From Minisyncoccia bacterium (lineage in GTDB: Bacteria; Patescibacteriota; Minisyncoccia; Phycocordibacterales; UBA9973), in NCBI GenBank assembly GCA_049303835.1, contig JBAQNN010000002.1, positions 94,492 through 158,491 on the forward strand: 64,000 nucleotides of DNA, written 5' to 3'. Each line of letters begins with the position of its first letter. Position 1 is the stretch's first letter. Below the pieces are notes generated by a model. The model ran no database searches. It saw nothing but the letters and a program-made list of their open reading frames with translations, and was not told where the DNA came from. A program made the position numbers and the translations under genes. Shown in pieces: positions 20,085-29,994 of this stretch.

Positions 20085-22607
20085 ATGCTTAAAATATTTC
20101 AAAACAAAAAATTATTGAAAAATCTGGCCTTATTGTTGGTTAGTCTTTTTGTTTTAATCTCCGGAATAGTGCTTGTTCTACTTTTTTCCTTAAAAATTCC
20201 GGATTTTCATTCTATAGAAGAAAGAAGGGTGGAAAACTCTACCCAGATTTTTGATCGTACTGGAGAAGTTTTGCTTTTTGATATACACCAAGATGTAAAA
20301 AGAACTGCCATCCCATTTGAACAAATGGGTATAAACATTAAGAATGCCACTGTGGCTATTGAAGACTCGGAATTTTATAACCATAGTGGAATACGCATAA
20401 CTTCTATAATCCGTGCAGTTTTTTCAAATATTTTTGGTGTCGGCATTGGTGGAGGCGGATCAACCATAACTCAGCAGTTAGTAAAAAATACCCTGTTGAC
20501 TCAAAGTAGTGGCCTGGGAAGATATGTCAGAAAAATAAAAGAATGGTTTTTGGCGGTAAAAATAGACAGCTCCATCCCGAAAGAAAAAATTTTGGAAGCC
20601 TATTTGAATGAAATTCCTTACGGAGGAAATATTTACGGCATCCAGGCCGCCAGCAAAACCTACTTCAATAAAAATGCAGAGGGTCTCTCTTTGGCAGAGG
20701 CAGCGTATTTGGCAGCTATCCCCCAATCTCCAACCGTTCTTTCTCCATACGGAAAAAACAAAGAAAGATTGGAAACTAGAAAAAATTTAGTACTTTCTAG
20801 AATGTTGGAACTTAAATTTATTTCTGAAGATGAATACAAAAAGGCAAAGAGTGAGGTGGTGGCTTTCATCCCCCAAGCGACGATGGGTATCCGAGCGGCA
20901 CACTTTGTTTTTTATATTAAAGATTACATAGAACAAAAATATGGGCAATTGGCCACCGGGGGTGGACTCAAGGTGACTACGACAATTGATGCAGAACTAC
21001 AGGCAAAAGCGGAAGAATTTGTAAAAGAGGGAGCTCTAAAAAACGAGAGAGATTGGAACGGTAAAAATGCCGGTCTGGTAGCCATAGACCCAAAAACGGG
21101 ACAAATTTTAACGATGGTTGGTTCAAGGGATTATTTTGATAAAGAAATTGACGGTAACTTCAATATAACCACCGCCAACAGACAACCTGGATCCTCTTTT
21201 AAGCCTTTTATTTACGCTACGGCCTTCAATAAAGGCTTTACTCCTGACACCGTGCTGTTTGACTTACCTACGGAATTTCAAACAACCTGTGACGCATCAG
21301 GCAGAGCCTTGCCTGGACGTAGTCAGAGCAACTGCTATATGCCGGACAACTATGATGGAAAGTTTCGTGGTCCAATGAGTCTAAAGGATGCCTTGGCCCA
21401 ATCAATCAACATTCCAGCGGTAAAACTTCTTTATTTATCTGGTTTGTCTGATTCACTCAAAACAGCCGAGAGTATGGGAATAAGTACTTTGGGAGATGTC
21501 GGCCAGTATGGGCTTACTCTCGTCATCGGAGGTGGTGAGGTTTCACTTCTTGATATGACTTCCGCTTATGGAGTTTTTGCCAACGAGGGAATAAAAAATC
21601 AACACACTGGAATTTTAAAAATTGAAGATTTAAAAGGAAATGTTTTAGAAGAGTTTAGGCCAAACGCGCAAGAAGTTCTGCCTAAAAACACAGCCTTAAC
21701 CATTTCCAATATTTTGTCCGACGAAGAAGCTCGTGTGCCCACCTTTGGATCTCATTCCTCTTTATATATTCCAAACAAAAATGTAGCGGTAAAAACAGGA
21801 ACGACAAACAACAACAAGGATGCTTGGATCATCGGATACTCCCCATCTATCGCAGTGGGTGTCTGGGCTGGAAACAATGACAACACGCCAATGAAAAAAG
21901 GAGGAGCTGCAATGGCGGGACCTATTTGGAACAAATTTATGAGTGAAGCATTAAAAAACCTACCAAATGAAAGTTTTGAAGAACCAAACTTAGAAATTGA
22001 TCCAACTCAAGTAAAACCTGTTCTTCGTGGATTTTGGCAAGGAAACGAAAACTTTTTTATAGATAAAATTTCCGGTAAGTTGGCTACGGAAAACACCCCC
22101 AAAGAAACTTTGATAGAAAAAGTTGTTACTAATGTGCACTCAATTTTATATTGGGTGGACAGAGATGACATTTTGGGTCCTCCTCCCCTCGGTAAAGACA
22201 ACCCGGTACAGTTTAACCACTGGGAAACACCCGTACAAAACTGGTGGGCACAAAACAAAAATAAATACCCCACCACAACCTGGAGCGACAAGCCAACCTC
22301 ATCAGACGACATACACACCGATTCTTCAAGTCCTTCAGTTTTAATTACTGAACCAAACAATGTAAAGGTTTATTCTCCTAATCAAAAAATAAATCTTGAA
22401 ATTCTTACTTCTGGCCCGTTTCCTTTACAAAAAATAGATATTTTTATAAATAATATTTATTACGAAACAGTGGAAACTCCTTTCAACTTTTCCTTCCTAC
22501 CTAGAGAGTTGGAAAACCTAGAAAATAACAATGAATTAAAAATAATTTCTTACGACACAGCATTTAATCGTAGTGAGGTAAGTGTAATTTTTAGAGTGGA
22601 TCTGTAA
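20085..22607 (+). CDS. penicillin-binding protein 1A family (bifunctional transglycosylase/transpeptidase) with C-terminal extension
   Basis: GT51 motifs (EDSEFYNHSGI, GGSTITQQ), transpeptidase SxxK (SSFKP), SxN, KTGT. Confidence 0.85.
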   Translation: MLKIFQNKKLLKNLALLLVSLFVLISGIVLVLLFSLKIPDFHSIEERRVENSTQIFDRTGEVLLFDIHQDVKRTAIPFEQMGINIKNATVAIEDSEFYNHSGIRITSIIRAVFSNIFGVGIGGGGSTITQQLVKNTLLTQSSGLGRYVRKIKEWFLAVKIDSSIPKEKILEAYLNEIPYGGNIYGIQAASKTYFNKNAEGLSLAEAAYLAAIPQSPTVLSPYGKNKERLETRKNLVLSRMLELKFISEDEYKKAKSEVVAFIPQATMGIRAAHFVFYIKDYIEQKYGQLATGGGLKVTTTIDAELQAKAEEFVKEGALKNERDWNGKNAGLVAIDPKTGQILTMVGSRDYFDKEIDGNFNITTANRQPGSSFKPFIYATAFNKGFTPDTVLFDLPTEFQTTCDASGRALPGRSQSNCYMPDNYDGKFRGPMSLKDALAQSINIPAVKLLYLSGLSDSLKTAESMGISTLGDVGQYGLTLVIGGGEVSLLDMTSAYGVFANEGIKNQHTGILKIEDLKGNVLEEFRPNAQEVLPKNTALTISNILSDEEARVPTFGSHSSLYIPNKNVAVKTGTTNNNKDAWIIGYSPSIAVGVWAGNNDNTPMKKGGAAMAGPIWNKFMSEALKNLPNESFEEPNLEIDPTQVKPVLRGFWQGNENFFIDKISGKLATENTPKETLIEKVVTNVHSILYWVDRDDILGPPPLGKDNPVQFNHWETPVQNWWAQNKNKYPTTTWSDKPTSSDDIHTDSSSPSVLITEPNNVKVYSPNQKINLEILTSGPFPLQKIDIFINNIYYETVETPFNFSFLPRELENLENNNELKIISYDTAFNRSEVSVIFRVDL

Positions 22608-22610
22608 AAT

Positions 22611-22868
22611 CTACTTTATGTCTCGTGGAGTTTTTTTTCCAAAAGATTCTTCTAGTTTAGATAGAATTAAATTCTGTTTTAAAAAAACTTCATTTTTGTA
22701 GATAGGTTTTATGTTTAAATAAAGTATATTATCTTTTATCTTAATATCTTCAGATGATATACTTATCTTAACAACTTCAGATATAATCTTCTTTATCACT
22801 TCTTTTTTTTCTTCCTCTCTAAAAAGAATTTTATTAAACCTAGCCAGCAAGTCCTTAATTTCAATCAT
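22611..22868 (-). CDS. hypothetical small protein downstream of dnaN, possibly DUF721 (DciA-like)
   Basis: 85 aa; position right after dnaN and an IKIKDNILYLNIKP...EVFLKQ pattern reminiscent of DUF721. Weak. Confidence 0.3.
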   Translation of the reverse strand: MIEIKDLLARFNKILFREEEKKEVIKKIISEVVKISISSEDIKIKDNILYLNIKPIYKNEVFLKQNLILSKLEESFGKKTPRDIK

Positions 22869-22875
22869 ATGAGTT

Positions 22876-23973
22876 TTATCTATTCATTGGCATAATGAGA
22901 TAGGTAAAAGAAGAATCAGAGACCGGGGATACAACCATAGGACTTCCTGTGCCGGAGAGTTTTATAGAAACACTATCAGTGACAATTGACTGAAAACAGT
23001 CCAAAAAGTATTTATAGTTGAAAGAAAGTTCTATGTTTTCACCGTTTATAACGGCATCTAAATAAGTTTTATTTTCTCCCACATCGTTGTTGGAAGATGA
23101 AAACTCTAAAATCTTTTCTTTTGGAATAATCTTTAAATTAACTTGATTAAACTTGTCTGAAAAGATATTAGACAACTTTAAGGCATTCAATAAATCTTGT
23201 TTGAGAACCACTACCTCCGTAGTTGTGTTTTTGGGAATAATTTGACGATAATCTGGAAAAATACCGTCAATTATTCGTGAAGTTAAGTAAATGTTATCAG
23301 AAGAAAGTGAAATTTGATTTTTATTAAAACAAACCTTTAGGACCCCCTGAAATTCCCCAAAAACCTTCAAAATTTCAGCTATGTTTTTATAAGGAACAAG
23401 AATACCTGAAATTTCCTCAACCCCCTTCGCTTTTACCTTTTTTTCGGCCAACCTAAAAGAATCTGTTGAAACAAAAACCAAATTATCTCCGTTGGTATAT
23501 ATAAAAACACTTGAAATTTCTGGCTTTATATCGGAAACAGAGGAGCTATAATAAACTGATTTAATTCCCTCAATAAGTTTTTTTGATTCTATTTCAAAAC
23601 TTGTTCCCGTCACAGTGGGAATGGTTGGAAAATCTTCGTGAGGCTGACATTTTAATCTTATTTGACTTTTTTTTGTTTTAATTAAAAGATTTTCATCCTT
23701 TTTTTCCAACTGAACATTTTCATTTTGAGAAACGTTGGAAAAAATAGCGTTTAGCACCGAACCTGAGATAGCCAAAGTTCCTTCTTTTTCTATTTTAGCT
23801 GAAATTTCAACTTCAATACCCAAGTTTAAGTTGGTGGATCTCATTTTTAATGATTTACCCGAAGCAATCAATAAAATTGAGCTTAAAACGGGAAGGGTTA
23901 GATTTTTGCCGGTAATTCTCTCTACTTGAGATATTCCATTTTTGAGTTTTTCAACCGAACATTCTATTTTCAT
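22876..23973 (-). CDS. dnaN: DNA polymerase III beta sliding clamp
   Basis: 365 aa, three-domain beta clamp pattern, located immediately downstream of dnaA. Confidence 0.85.
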   Translation of the reverse strand: MKIECSVEKLKNGISQVERITGKNLTLPVLSSILLIASGKSLKMRSTNLNLGIEVEISAKIEKEGTLAISGSVLNAIFSNVSQNENVQLEKKDENLLIKTKKSQIRLKCQPHEDFPTIPTVTGTSFEIESKKLIEGIKSVYYSSSVSDIKPEISSVFIYTNGDNLVFVSTDSFRLAEKKVKAKGVEEISGILVPYKNIAEILKVFGEFQGVLKVCFNKNQISLSSDNIYLTSRIIDGIFPDYRQIIPKNTTTEVVVLKQDLLNALKLSNIFSDKFNQVNLKIIPKEKILEFSSSNNDVGENKTYLDAVINGENIELSFNYKYFLDCFQSIVTDSVSIKLSGTGSPMVVSPVSDSSFTYLIMPMNR

Positions 23974-24212
23974 ATATTTGTTTATATCTTATATAAATAA
24001 ATTATTAGTAATATTAGTGTTGTTAATAAGTGGATAATTATTTTTATATTTATTAAATATACTTATTTTTAATTTATAAACTGAACTTAAATCTAATAAC
24101 TTTTTGTCTTATGTTTATGAAAATATTTTTTATTTTTAATTTTTCTTTTTATTCGCGTTAATTAACAGATTTTGTCTGGTTTGTTATATTGTTTTTCCCT
24201 ACTTATAAACAG
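23974..24212. promoter_or_regulatory. candidate oriC part: very AT-rich dnaA-dnaN spacer (DNA unwinding element) with an 8/9 DnaA box at 24030-24038
   Basis: Long runs of TTTTTA/ATTTTT, gtggataat = ATTATCCAC. Confidence 0.5.
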
Positions 24213-25556
24213 CTATTTAAACATAATTCTTATTTGTTCCAACTCTTGCAGCAACGAAGAATCATTTTTTAAGTCAGTTTTTATTTTTAAACAAGAGTGG
24301 ATGACTGTCGTGTGATCCTTTCCCCCCAATTTTTGTCCAATTAGCGGATAAGATACATTAAAGTCTTCTCGGAGTAGATACATGACTACTTGTCTTGCTC
24401 TGACTATTTCCTTTTTTCTTGTTTTCTCATAAATTGAAGATTCTTCCAATTTATAATATTCACTCACTATCTTTACTACATCCTTTATGGCCATGTTTTT
24501 CTTTGGTCTAAGGTTGTTTTTGAGTAGATTTTTTACCTCTACAAGCGTCAATGGTTTGTTTTTTAGTTTATATTGGCAAACAATAAGGTTAAGACTTCCT
24601 TCCAGCTCCCTGATGTTTCCCTGAACTGCCCCCGCCACGTAATCTATCACCTCCTCAGCCAAATCAACATTTAATTCACGGAGTTTAACCTTTAAAATAG
24701 CCAGACGTGACTCATATTCAGGCTCAGATATGTCAACGATCATACCAGCAGCAAAACGAGACTTTAGTCTATCCGCCAGCTCTGGAATGTAGTTTGGGTG
24801 TTTGTCTGAAGAAAAGATAATCTGTTTGTTGTTTTCATAAAAAGTGTTAAATGTGTGAAAAAGTTCTTCTTGAATTTTTTCCATTTTTCCAATGAATTGG
24901 ATATCGTCTATTATTAACAGGTCGTATTTACGATATTTTTCTTTAAAAGAATTTGCTTTGTTGTTTTGGAGTGAATTTACAAAATCTGTGGCAAATTTTT
25001 CCAAGGTCATATAGTGTACCTTTTTATTTGGATATTTTTCTTTTATTGAGTTTCCCACCGCCTGAATCAAGTGTGTTTTTCCTAGTCCAGTACCTCCATA
25101 AATAAAAAATGGGTTATATTTTGTTCCAGGAGAGTCTATTATTGCCTGGGCTGCAGCATAAGCGAGCTCATTGAAAGTTCCGACGATAAACGAATTGAAT
25201 TGATAGCGTGGATTTAGGTTGTCTTCCAGATTTATGTATAAATCTTTTAGGGGTAGTTCTTTTTCTATGGTTATTTCATTTATTGGCGCTGGTTCTTGTT
25301 TTACATTTTCTGTTTTAACAATAGTATATTCTACGGCACGCATATTTTCATAGGCATCGGCAATGGTTTTGGTTATCAATTTGTGATATTTATTGATAAG
25401 CCAGTCGCGGACGAACTCGTTTGGCACCCCAATATAAACAATACCGGTATCTTCTTTTATGATGGATGTGTTTTTAAACCAGGTACTAAAATTTGCTTTT
25501 GATATACCAGATTCTATTTCCATTAGACAACTTTTCCACAACTCTTTTGTATTCAT
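24213..25556 (-). CDS. dnaA: chromosomal replication initiator protein DnaA
   Basis: 447 aa; AAA+ GGTGLGKTHL, DDIQF, C-terminal helix-turn-helix DnaA signature (LIGQKLGGKDHTTVIHS). Confidence 0.95.
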   Translation of the reverse strand: MNTKELWKSCLMEIESGISKANFSTWFKNTSIIKEDTGIVYIGVPNEFVRDWLINKYHKLITKTIADAYENMRAVEYTIVKTENVKQEPAPINEITIEKELPLKDLYINLEDNLNPRYQFNSFIVGTFNELAYAAAQAIIDSPGTKYNPFFIYGGTGLGKTHLIQAVGNSIKEKYPNKKVHYMTLEKFATDFVNSLQNNKANSFKEKYRKYDLLIIDDIQFIGKMEKIQEELFHTFNTFYENNKQIIFSSDKHPNYIPELADRLKSRFAAGMIVDISEPEYESRLAILKVKLRELNVDLAEEVIDYVAGAVQGNIRELEGSLNLIVCQYKLKNKPLTLVEVKNLLKNNLRPKKNMAIKDVVKIVSEYYKLEESSIYEKTRKKEIVRARQVVMYLLREDFNVSYPLIGQKLGGKDHTTVIHSCLKIKTDLKNDSSLLQELEQIRIMFK

Positions 25557-25710
25557 TGTTTTTATCTTACACTATTTATAAAACAGGGGGTATATGTAAT
25601 ATCTTATTAACTATGTTGATAAGCTGTGGATAAGTTTGTTGCCGGCATGATTTGTTTATCACACAAGACTTGGATTTGATAAAAACCGGATGATGTTATA
25701 TACTACCTGT
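25557..25710. promoter_or_regulatory. dnaA upstream region with perfect DnaA box TGTGGATAA (25625-25633) and GATAAG repeats; candidate oriC part / dnaA autoregulation
   Basis: Exact reverse complement of TTATCCACA. Confidence 0.5.
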
Positions 25711-25845
25711 ATGTCACAAACATATCAACCTAAAAAGAGAAAAAGAGCAAAAGCCCATGGATTTTTAGTTAGATCTAAGACCAAAACAGGCCAAAAGGTT
25801 CTTTTAAGAAGAAGAAGAAAAGGACGAGCGAAGCTCTCTGTTTAA
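25711..25845 (+). CDS. rpmH: 50S ribosomal protein L34
   Basis: 44 aa [44 protein letters not shown]. Not in the ORF track (<60 aa). Confidence 0.9.
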   Translation: MSQTYQPKKRKRAKAHGFLVRSKTKTGQKVLLRRRRKGRAKLSV

Positions 25846-25868
25846 AACACACTAGAAGCCGAAAAAGT

Positions 25869-26192
25869 ATGCTCAAAAAAATAAATAGGGCTGACAGAAA
25901 GACGGTGGAGAACATCTTCAAGAAAGGAAAATTCCTCAATTCTTTAAATTTGACCTTTAAATTTTTAAAAATTACCCAAGAAGACAAAAAAATCTCTATT
26001 TTAGTTCCTAAAAGTGTAGCAAAGTCGGCAGTAAAAAGAAATTTATTGAGGCGTTTAGGGTATAGAGCCATGGAAAAACAAATAAAGAGCTCCCCTTCTG
26101 GAATTATAGGGGTTTTTATATTTAAGAAGTATCAGGAGGATGTTTTGGTATTAGAAAATGAAATTAAAGACATTTTTTCTAAAATTAATTGA
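25869..26192 (+). CDS. rnpA: ribonuclease P protein component
   Basis: 107 aa basic protein after rpmH; conserved RNR-like motif (AVKRNLLRRLGY). Confidence 0.8.
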   Translation: MLKKINRADRKTVENIFKKGKFLNSLNLTFKFLKITQEDKKISILVPKSVAKSAVKRNLLRRLGYRAMEKQIKSSPSGIIGVFIFKKYQEDVLVLENEIKDIFSKIN

Positions 26193-26373
26193 TTTTTATC
26201 AAAAAAAGGTTTCAATTTTTAAAAAACCGAGTTGTGTTTTTTATCCGACTTGTTCCGAGTACACAAAACAAGCTATAGAAAAATATGGACTCCCTAAAGG
26301 AGTTCGTTTAGGATTTTTGCGTATTTTACGATGTCACCCCTGGCAAAAAAATCATATTGATCCACTACTTTGA
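26158..26373 (+). CDS. yidD: membrane protein insertion efficiency factor YidD
   Basis: 71 aa; CVFYPTCSEY...LRCHPW motif. Confidence 0.8.
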   Translation: MKLKTFFLKLIDFYQKKVSIFKKPSCVFYPTCSEYTKQAIEKYGLPKGVRLGFLRILRCHPWQKNHIDPLL

Positions 26374-26403
26374 TTTTTTTGTGTTTTCATATAGAATGAA
26401 TTA

Positions 26404-27138
26404 ATGCTTAGTAATATTTGGAATGTTGTTTTATATCAACCACTACTAAACGCCCTAGCTTTTCTCGTTTCCATTATCCCTGGTGGGGATGTGGGGATAG
26501 CTGTTATTCTCCTTACTATTCTTGTAAAAGTTATTCTTTTTCCTCTTTCTCAAAAATCCATAGAAAGTCAGGCTCAAATGAGCGTTTTAACCCCAGAACT
26601 CAATAAAATCAAAGCGAGCGGGGCAAGCAAAGAAGAACAAGCCAGGCAGACCTTTGAGCTCTATAAACAACACAAAACCAACCCTTTCTCTGGGTGTCTT
26701 TTGGTTTTAATTCAAATTCCCATTATTTTTGCCCTATACTATGTATTTTTGAAGGGAATAAATTTTGAAGGTGGGCACCTGTACTCCTTCATTCATATAC
26801 CAGAGCATAGTAATATGCTTTTCTTGGGTCTCCTAGACATTACTCAAAAAAGTCTGATTTTGGCTGTTTTGGCGGGCCTTTCCCAATACTTACAAGCACA
26901 TTTTGTACCAAAACCACCTGTTCCTTCTGTTGTAAGTGGTACTTCCCCCTCTTTCTCCGATAGTTTTGCCAAAAGTATGAACATGCAGATGAAGTACATC
27001 TTTCCTTTCATTGTCGCCTTTATCGCTTATAGTATTTCTGGCGCGGTTGCATTGTATTGGATTACGAGTAACCTATTTATGGTAGGACAACAGATTTATG
27101 TAAAAAAGAAGGAGTTTACAACATTAGTTATAAAGTAG
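26404..27138 (+). CDS. yidC: membrane protein insertase YidC (short form)
   Basis: 244 aa, 5 TM core with conserved helices (LLTILVKVILFPL, QIPIIFALY). Confidence 0.8.
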   Translation: MLSNIWNVVLYQPLLNALAFLVSIIPGGDVGIAVILLTILVKVILFPLSQKSIESQAQMSVLTPELNKIKASGASKEEQARQTFELYKQHKTNPFSGCLLVLIQIPIIFALYYVFLKGINFEGGHLYSFIHIPEHSNMLFLGLLDITQKSLILAVLAGLSQYLQAHFVPKPPVPSVVSGTSPSFSDSFAKSMNMQMKYIFPFIVAFIAYSISGAVALYWITSNLFMVGQQIYVKKKEFTTLVIK

Positions 27139-27164
27139 AAAGTCATAAAGTTTATAAAGAATAG

Positions 27165-27650
27165 ATGGATAAAAACGAGATACAAAAATTAATAACAGAA
27201 TTGATTGAAAAAACTACAGTGAAATTAAATGATGTTTCTGTGGTAGAAGACGGGCCCAAAAACATCTGGGTTGCAGTAGAGGTGAGTGAACCACACTTCT
27301 TTATTTCACACGACGGTGAAGGTTTGCAAGCCCTAAACCATATTGTTCATAGAATTATTGAAGCTAAAAACCCTTCCCCCGCACCTGGTTTAGGAGAAAA
27401 AGCAGGGCTGGGAATCCTGGTGGATGTAAATGGTTTTCAAAAAAAGCACGTGGAGAATGTCCGAGCCATAGCTCATATGATGTCTGAGAGAGCGAGATAT
27501 TTTAAATCAAACATAGAAGTTGATCCGATGTCAGCCTTTGAGCGTAGAATTGTACACGAATTTTTATCCGATGCGCCTGATCTCAAAACCGAATCCATGG
27601 GTATGGGGCGTGATCGCCGAGTAGTTATCAAATATATCGGCTCTATTTAA
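27165..27650 (+). CDS. jag: Jag/KhpB-like RNA-binding protein (KH + R3H domains)
   Basis: C-terminal R3H (ERRIVHEFLSD); canonical position after yidC. Confidence 0.7.
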   Translation: MDKNEIQKLITELIEKTTVKLNDVSVVEDGPKNIWVAVEVSEPHFFISHDGEGLQALNHIVHRIIEAKNPSPAPGLGEKAGLGILVDVNGFQKKHVENVRAIAHMMSERARYFKSNIEVDPMSAFERRIVHEFLSDAPDLKTESMGMGRDRRVVIKYIGSI

Positions 27651-29007
27651 GTTCCAATTCCCAAAGGAAAGAGTCTTTTTTGTTTACAAAAAATAGATAA
27701 TTTTCCTCTGTATCAAGCGCGAGTTTTATGCTATCTGTCTCCTCTCCTCCTTCCACAGTGGTTGGGTCTAAAAGAAGAGTCGCATTTCCGGTAGTTAAAT
27801 CTATTTTCCAGAATTGATCTCCGAAAGATACTTCTCCACGATACCAAATATCCGGATATCCCGCTCCGGTAATTACTTTAGGAACTCCACAGTAGATGAC
27901 ATCGCTCACACTTCCCCAGACACATTTTTCCGGTAAAGTCCTTACCCCAAGAACTTCTGATGTCTTTGTGTCTGTATGGTAGATACCGAGAGCTAGGTTG
28001 TTGTTTCCATAAAGAATAGATTTTCCATCTGGACTAGTGAGGGTGGTCAATCCATTTATATTGCCGAAAATTTGGTGCAAGTTTTTATTATTTATTGGGT
28101 CCACGCCATATACAAATCCGGGGACAGAAGCGGCAGGTTTTGTGGTTAAAGTCATGAGTTTGTTGTTTGGCCACTCGGGCAACCACTCGGTGAATGGTGA
28201 ATCAAAGATTTGAGATTTTTTGTTGGTGGTCAGGTTTAAAGTTGTACCCACAATATTTTCTCCGACCTCAAACAGATAAAGAATACTTCCTTTGTCTCCC
28301 GACAGGCTCACATCCCTTATGTCTTCTGGCAAGAATGTTCCAGTTATTTCATTTTCTCCTGTAGTGTCTCCCCCCAAGACTTCTTTTGGCAAATTACCGA
28401 CAAAAGTAATGATGATGTTTCCATCTTCTTTTAAATATCTCATTATCACAGACTCTCCTTTGTTGCCAAAGAATGCTTCATATACTTTAGGAATCATTGT
28501 TCCGGAAAACTTCCTTTCTTCTATTTTATCCGCGAAAGTCTGATAGATGTTTCCTGTAGCTCTATCCACATACCTTAGAGCCGACACGAATTCTGTCGCC
28601 GGTGGGGTTGGTTTTGTGGTGGTCGTTGTTTTTGGAGTTGTTTCTTCCGGGGTGGTGGTATTTTCAGCAGGAGGAGTTGTCGGCGCTACCACAGGAGGAA
28701 TTTCTACTAGTCTTTCTTTAGTATAAACAGTAAAACCAGCCACGGGCATACTGGAGACCTTTTTAAGTTTTACTTCTTCCTGCTCGGGTCCTGGCTCGTA
28801 ACCGGAGACATCAGTAGGAGTGTCTCCTTTGGGCGTCGTCGGTGATTTGCCTCCCGTTCCAAATGGATTGAATTGTGAGATAAAGTTTGTCCCCTCTCCT
28901 TCTTCTCCTAGTGTCCCCGTGCCTTGTTGTAAATATAAAAATCCAAACACTACCAGGATAGTGATGATCAGAATTATTATTAAAAGTATAAAATTTCTTT
29001 TTGACAT
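27643..29007 (-). CDS. hypothetical membrane-anchored extracellular protein (Thr/Pro-rich linker, beta-rich C-domain)
   Basis: N-terminal TM, TTPPAENTTTPEETTPKTTTTTKPTPPA linker; no recognisable family. Confidence 0.45.
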   Translation of the reverse strand: MSKRNFILLIIILIITILVVFGFLYLQQGTGTLGEEGEGTNFISQFNPFGTGGKSPTTPKGDTPTDVSGYEPGPEQEEVKLKKVSSMPVAGFTVYTKERLVEIPPVVAPTTPPAENTTTPEETTPKTTTTTKPTPPATEFVSALRYVDRATGNIYQTFADKIEERKFSGTMIPKVYEAFFGNKGESVIMRYLKEDGNIIITFVGNLPKEVLGGDTTGENEITGTFLPEDIRDVSLSGDKGSILYLFEVGENIVGTTLNLTTNKKSQIFDSPFTEWLPEWPNNKLMTLTTKPAASVPGFVYGVDPINNKNLHQIFGNINGLTTLTSPDGKSILYGNNNLALGIYHTDTKTSEVLGVRTLPEKCVWGSVSDVIYCGVPKVITGAGYPDIWYRGEVSFGDQFWKIDLTTGNATLLLDPTTVEGGEETDSIKLALDTEENYLFFVNKKDSFLWELELK

Positions 29008-29016
29008 ATGTTTTTA

Positions 29017-29994
29017 TTATCTGCCATCCACTGACCAATGCCAAGGTTCGGATGGTAAGTTAGAAAGACCGTATTTACCGGCATTTGCTTGTAGCCACAC
29101 AAAGCACTTATTATCGCGGGTTTGAATAAATTTTCCATCACACTGTAGATCAAATGCCTTGCCATGGTTGTGATTTGATTGACCTGGAAGAGCTGTGGGT
29201 GGATTACATTTTGCACTTGCGTTTTCGTAGTCTCCATTACAATATTTTATTCTTAATTGTTTCTGTTGTTCTGTAGATCTATATCCCCCACCTGTTATGT
29301 TTAATCCGGCACTTTTTGATGCAACTAGCATGGCGTTAATGTTTGAAACAATATCTTTACATGCAAACATGCTAATTTGGGTTTTTACCACTCCGGCGCT
29401 ACATCCAGATGTAACTCCTGGGGGGTTCCCAGAATCGCTTGCTATTGCGTCTGCTAGTGTTACCTCTACTGTTATTTTTTCTAAACTACTCAGATCAGTC
29501 TTTAGAATATCTGGATTTATTTGGTTTAAGATTGTCCAAGCGCCCAAAGCGAGCACAAGTCCAAAAATAGCGCCAGTGATTCTATGTTTACCGTTTTCTT
29601 TATTAGATATCAGTTCACTAGTCATATACTCCAAACCACCCACCACTATCATTATCACAGCCAACACAGCGCATATACCGATGAAAATACGTATCATTAT
29701 GTTCAAATACTCACCTATTTTGGAATTTTCTCCCTCTGCGCTTGTCGGGTCAAAGGTTTTTAGTTGTCCATCTTCACACCCAGGAGTACCTTTTTCACAA
29801 GGCAGAGGGGCTAAAAAATTATATTTCAAATCATTTTCTTGTGTAGCATTTACGCAGGACACCCCATCAGGAGCAAGTATTTTATCTCCTGTGCATTCAA
29901 CTGCCAAAACAGAGTTGGTGGAGACAAAAAAACTAAAGATTAAAAAAACCAATTGTAATGAGACTATTATCTTTTTAAGCATATCTTTTTTCAT
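29017..29994 (-). CDS. VirB2/TrbC-like pilin region fused to M15 (VanY/LAS) D-Ala-D-Ala peptidase domain
   Basis: Signal peptide, Cys-rich segment, two TM helices with Gly-rich turn (IVVGGLEYM...GAIFGLVLALGAW) as in T4SS pilins. C-terminal zinc-peptidase motif SNHNHGKAFDL plus GGGYRS. Confidence 0.45.
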   Translation of the reverse strand: MKKDMLKKIIVSLQLVFLIFSFFVSTNSVLAVECTGDKILAPDGVSCVNATQENDLKYNFLAPLPCEKGTPGCEDGQLKTFDPTSAEGENSKIGEYLNIMIRIFIGICAVLAVIMIVVGGLEYMTSELISNKENGKHRITGAIFGLVLALGAWTILNQINPDILKTDLSSLEKITVEVTLADAIASDSGNPPGVTSGCSAGVVKTQISMFACKDIVSNINAMLVASKSAGLNITGGGYRSTEQQKQLRIKYCNGDYENASAKCNPPTALPGQSNHNHGKAFDLQCDGKFIQTRDNKCFVWLQANAGKYGLSNLPSEPWHWSVDGR

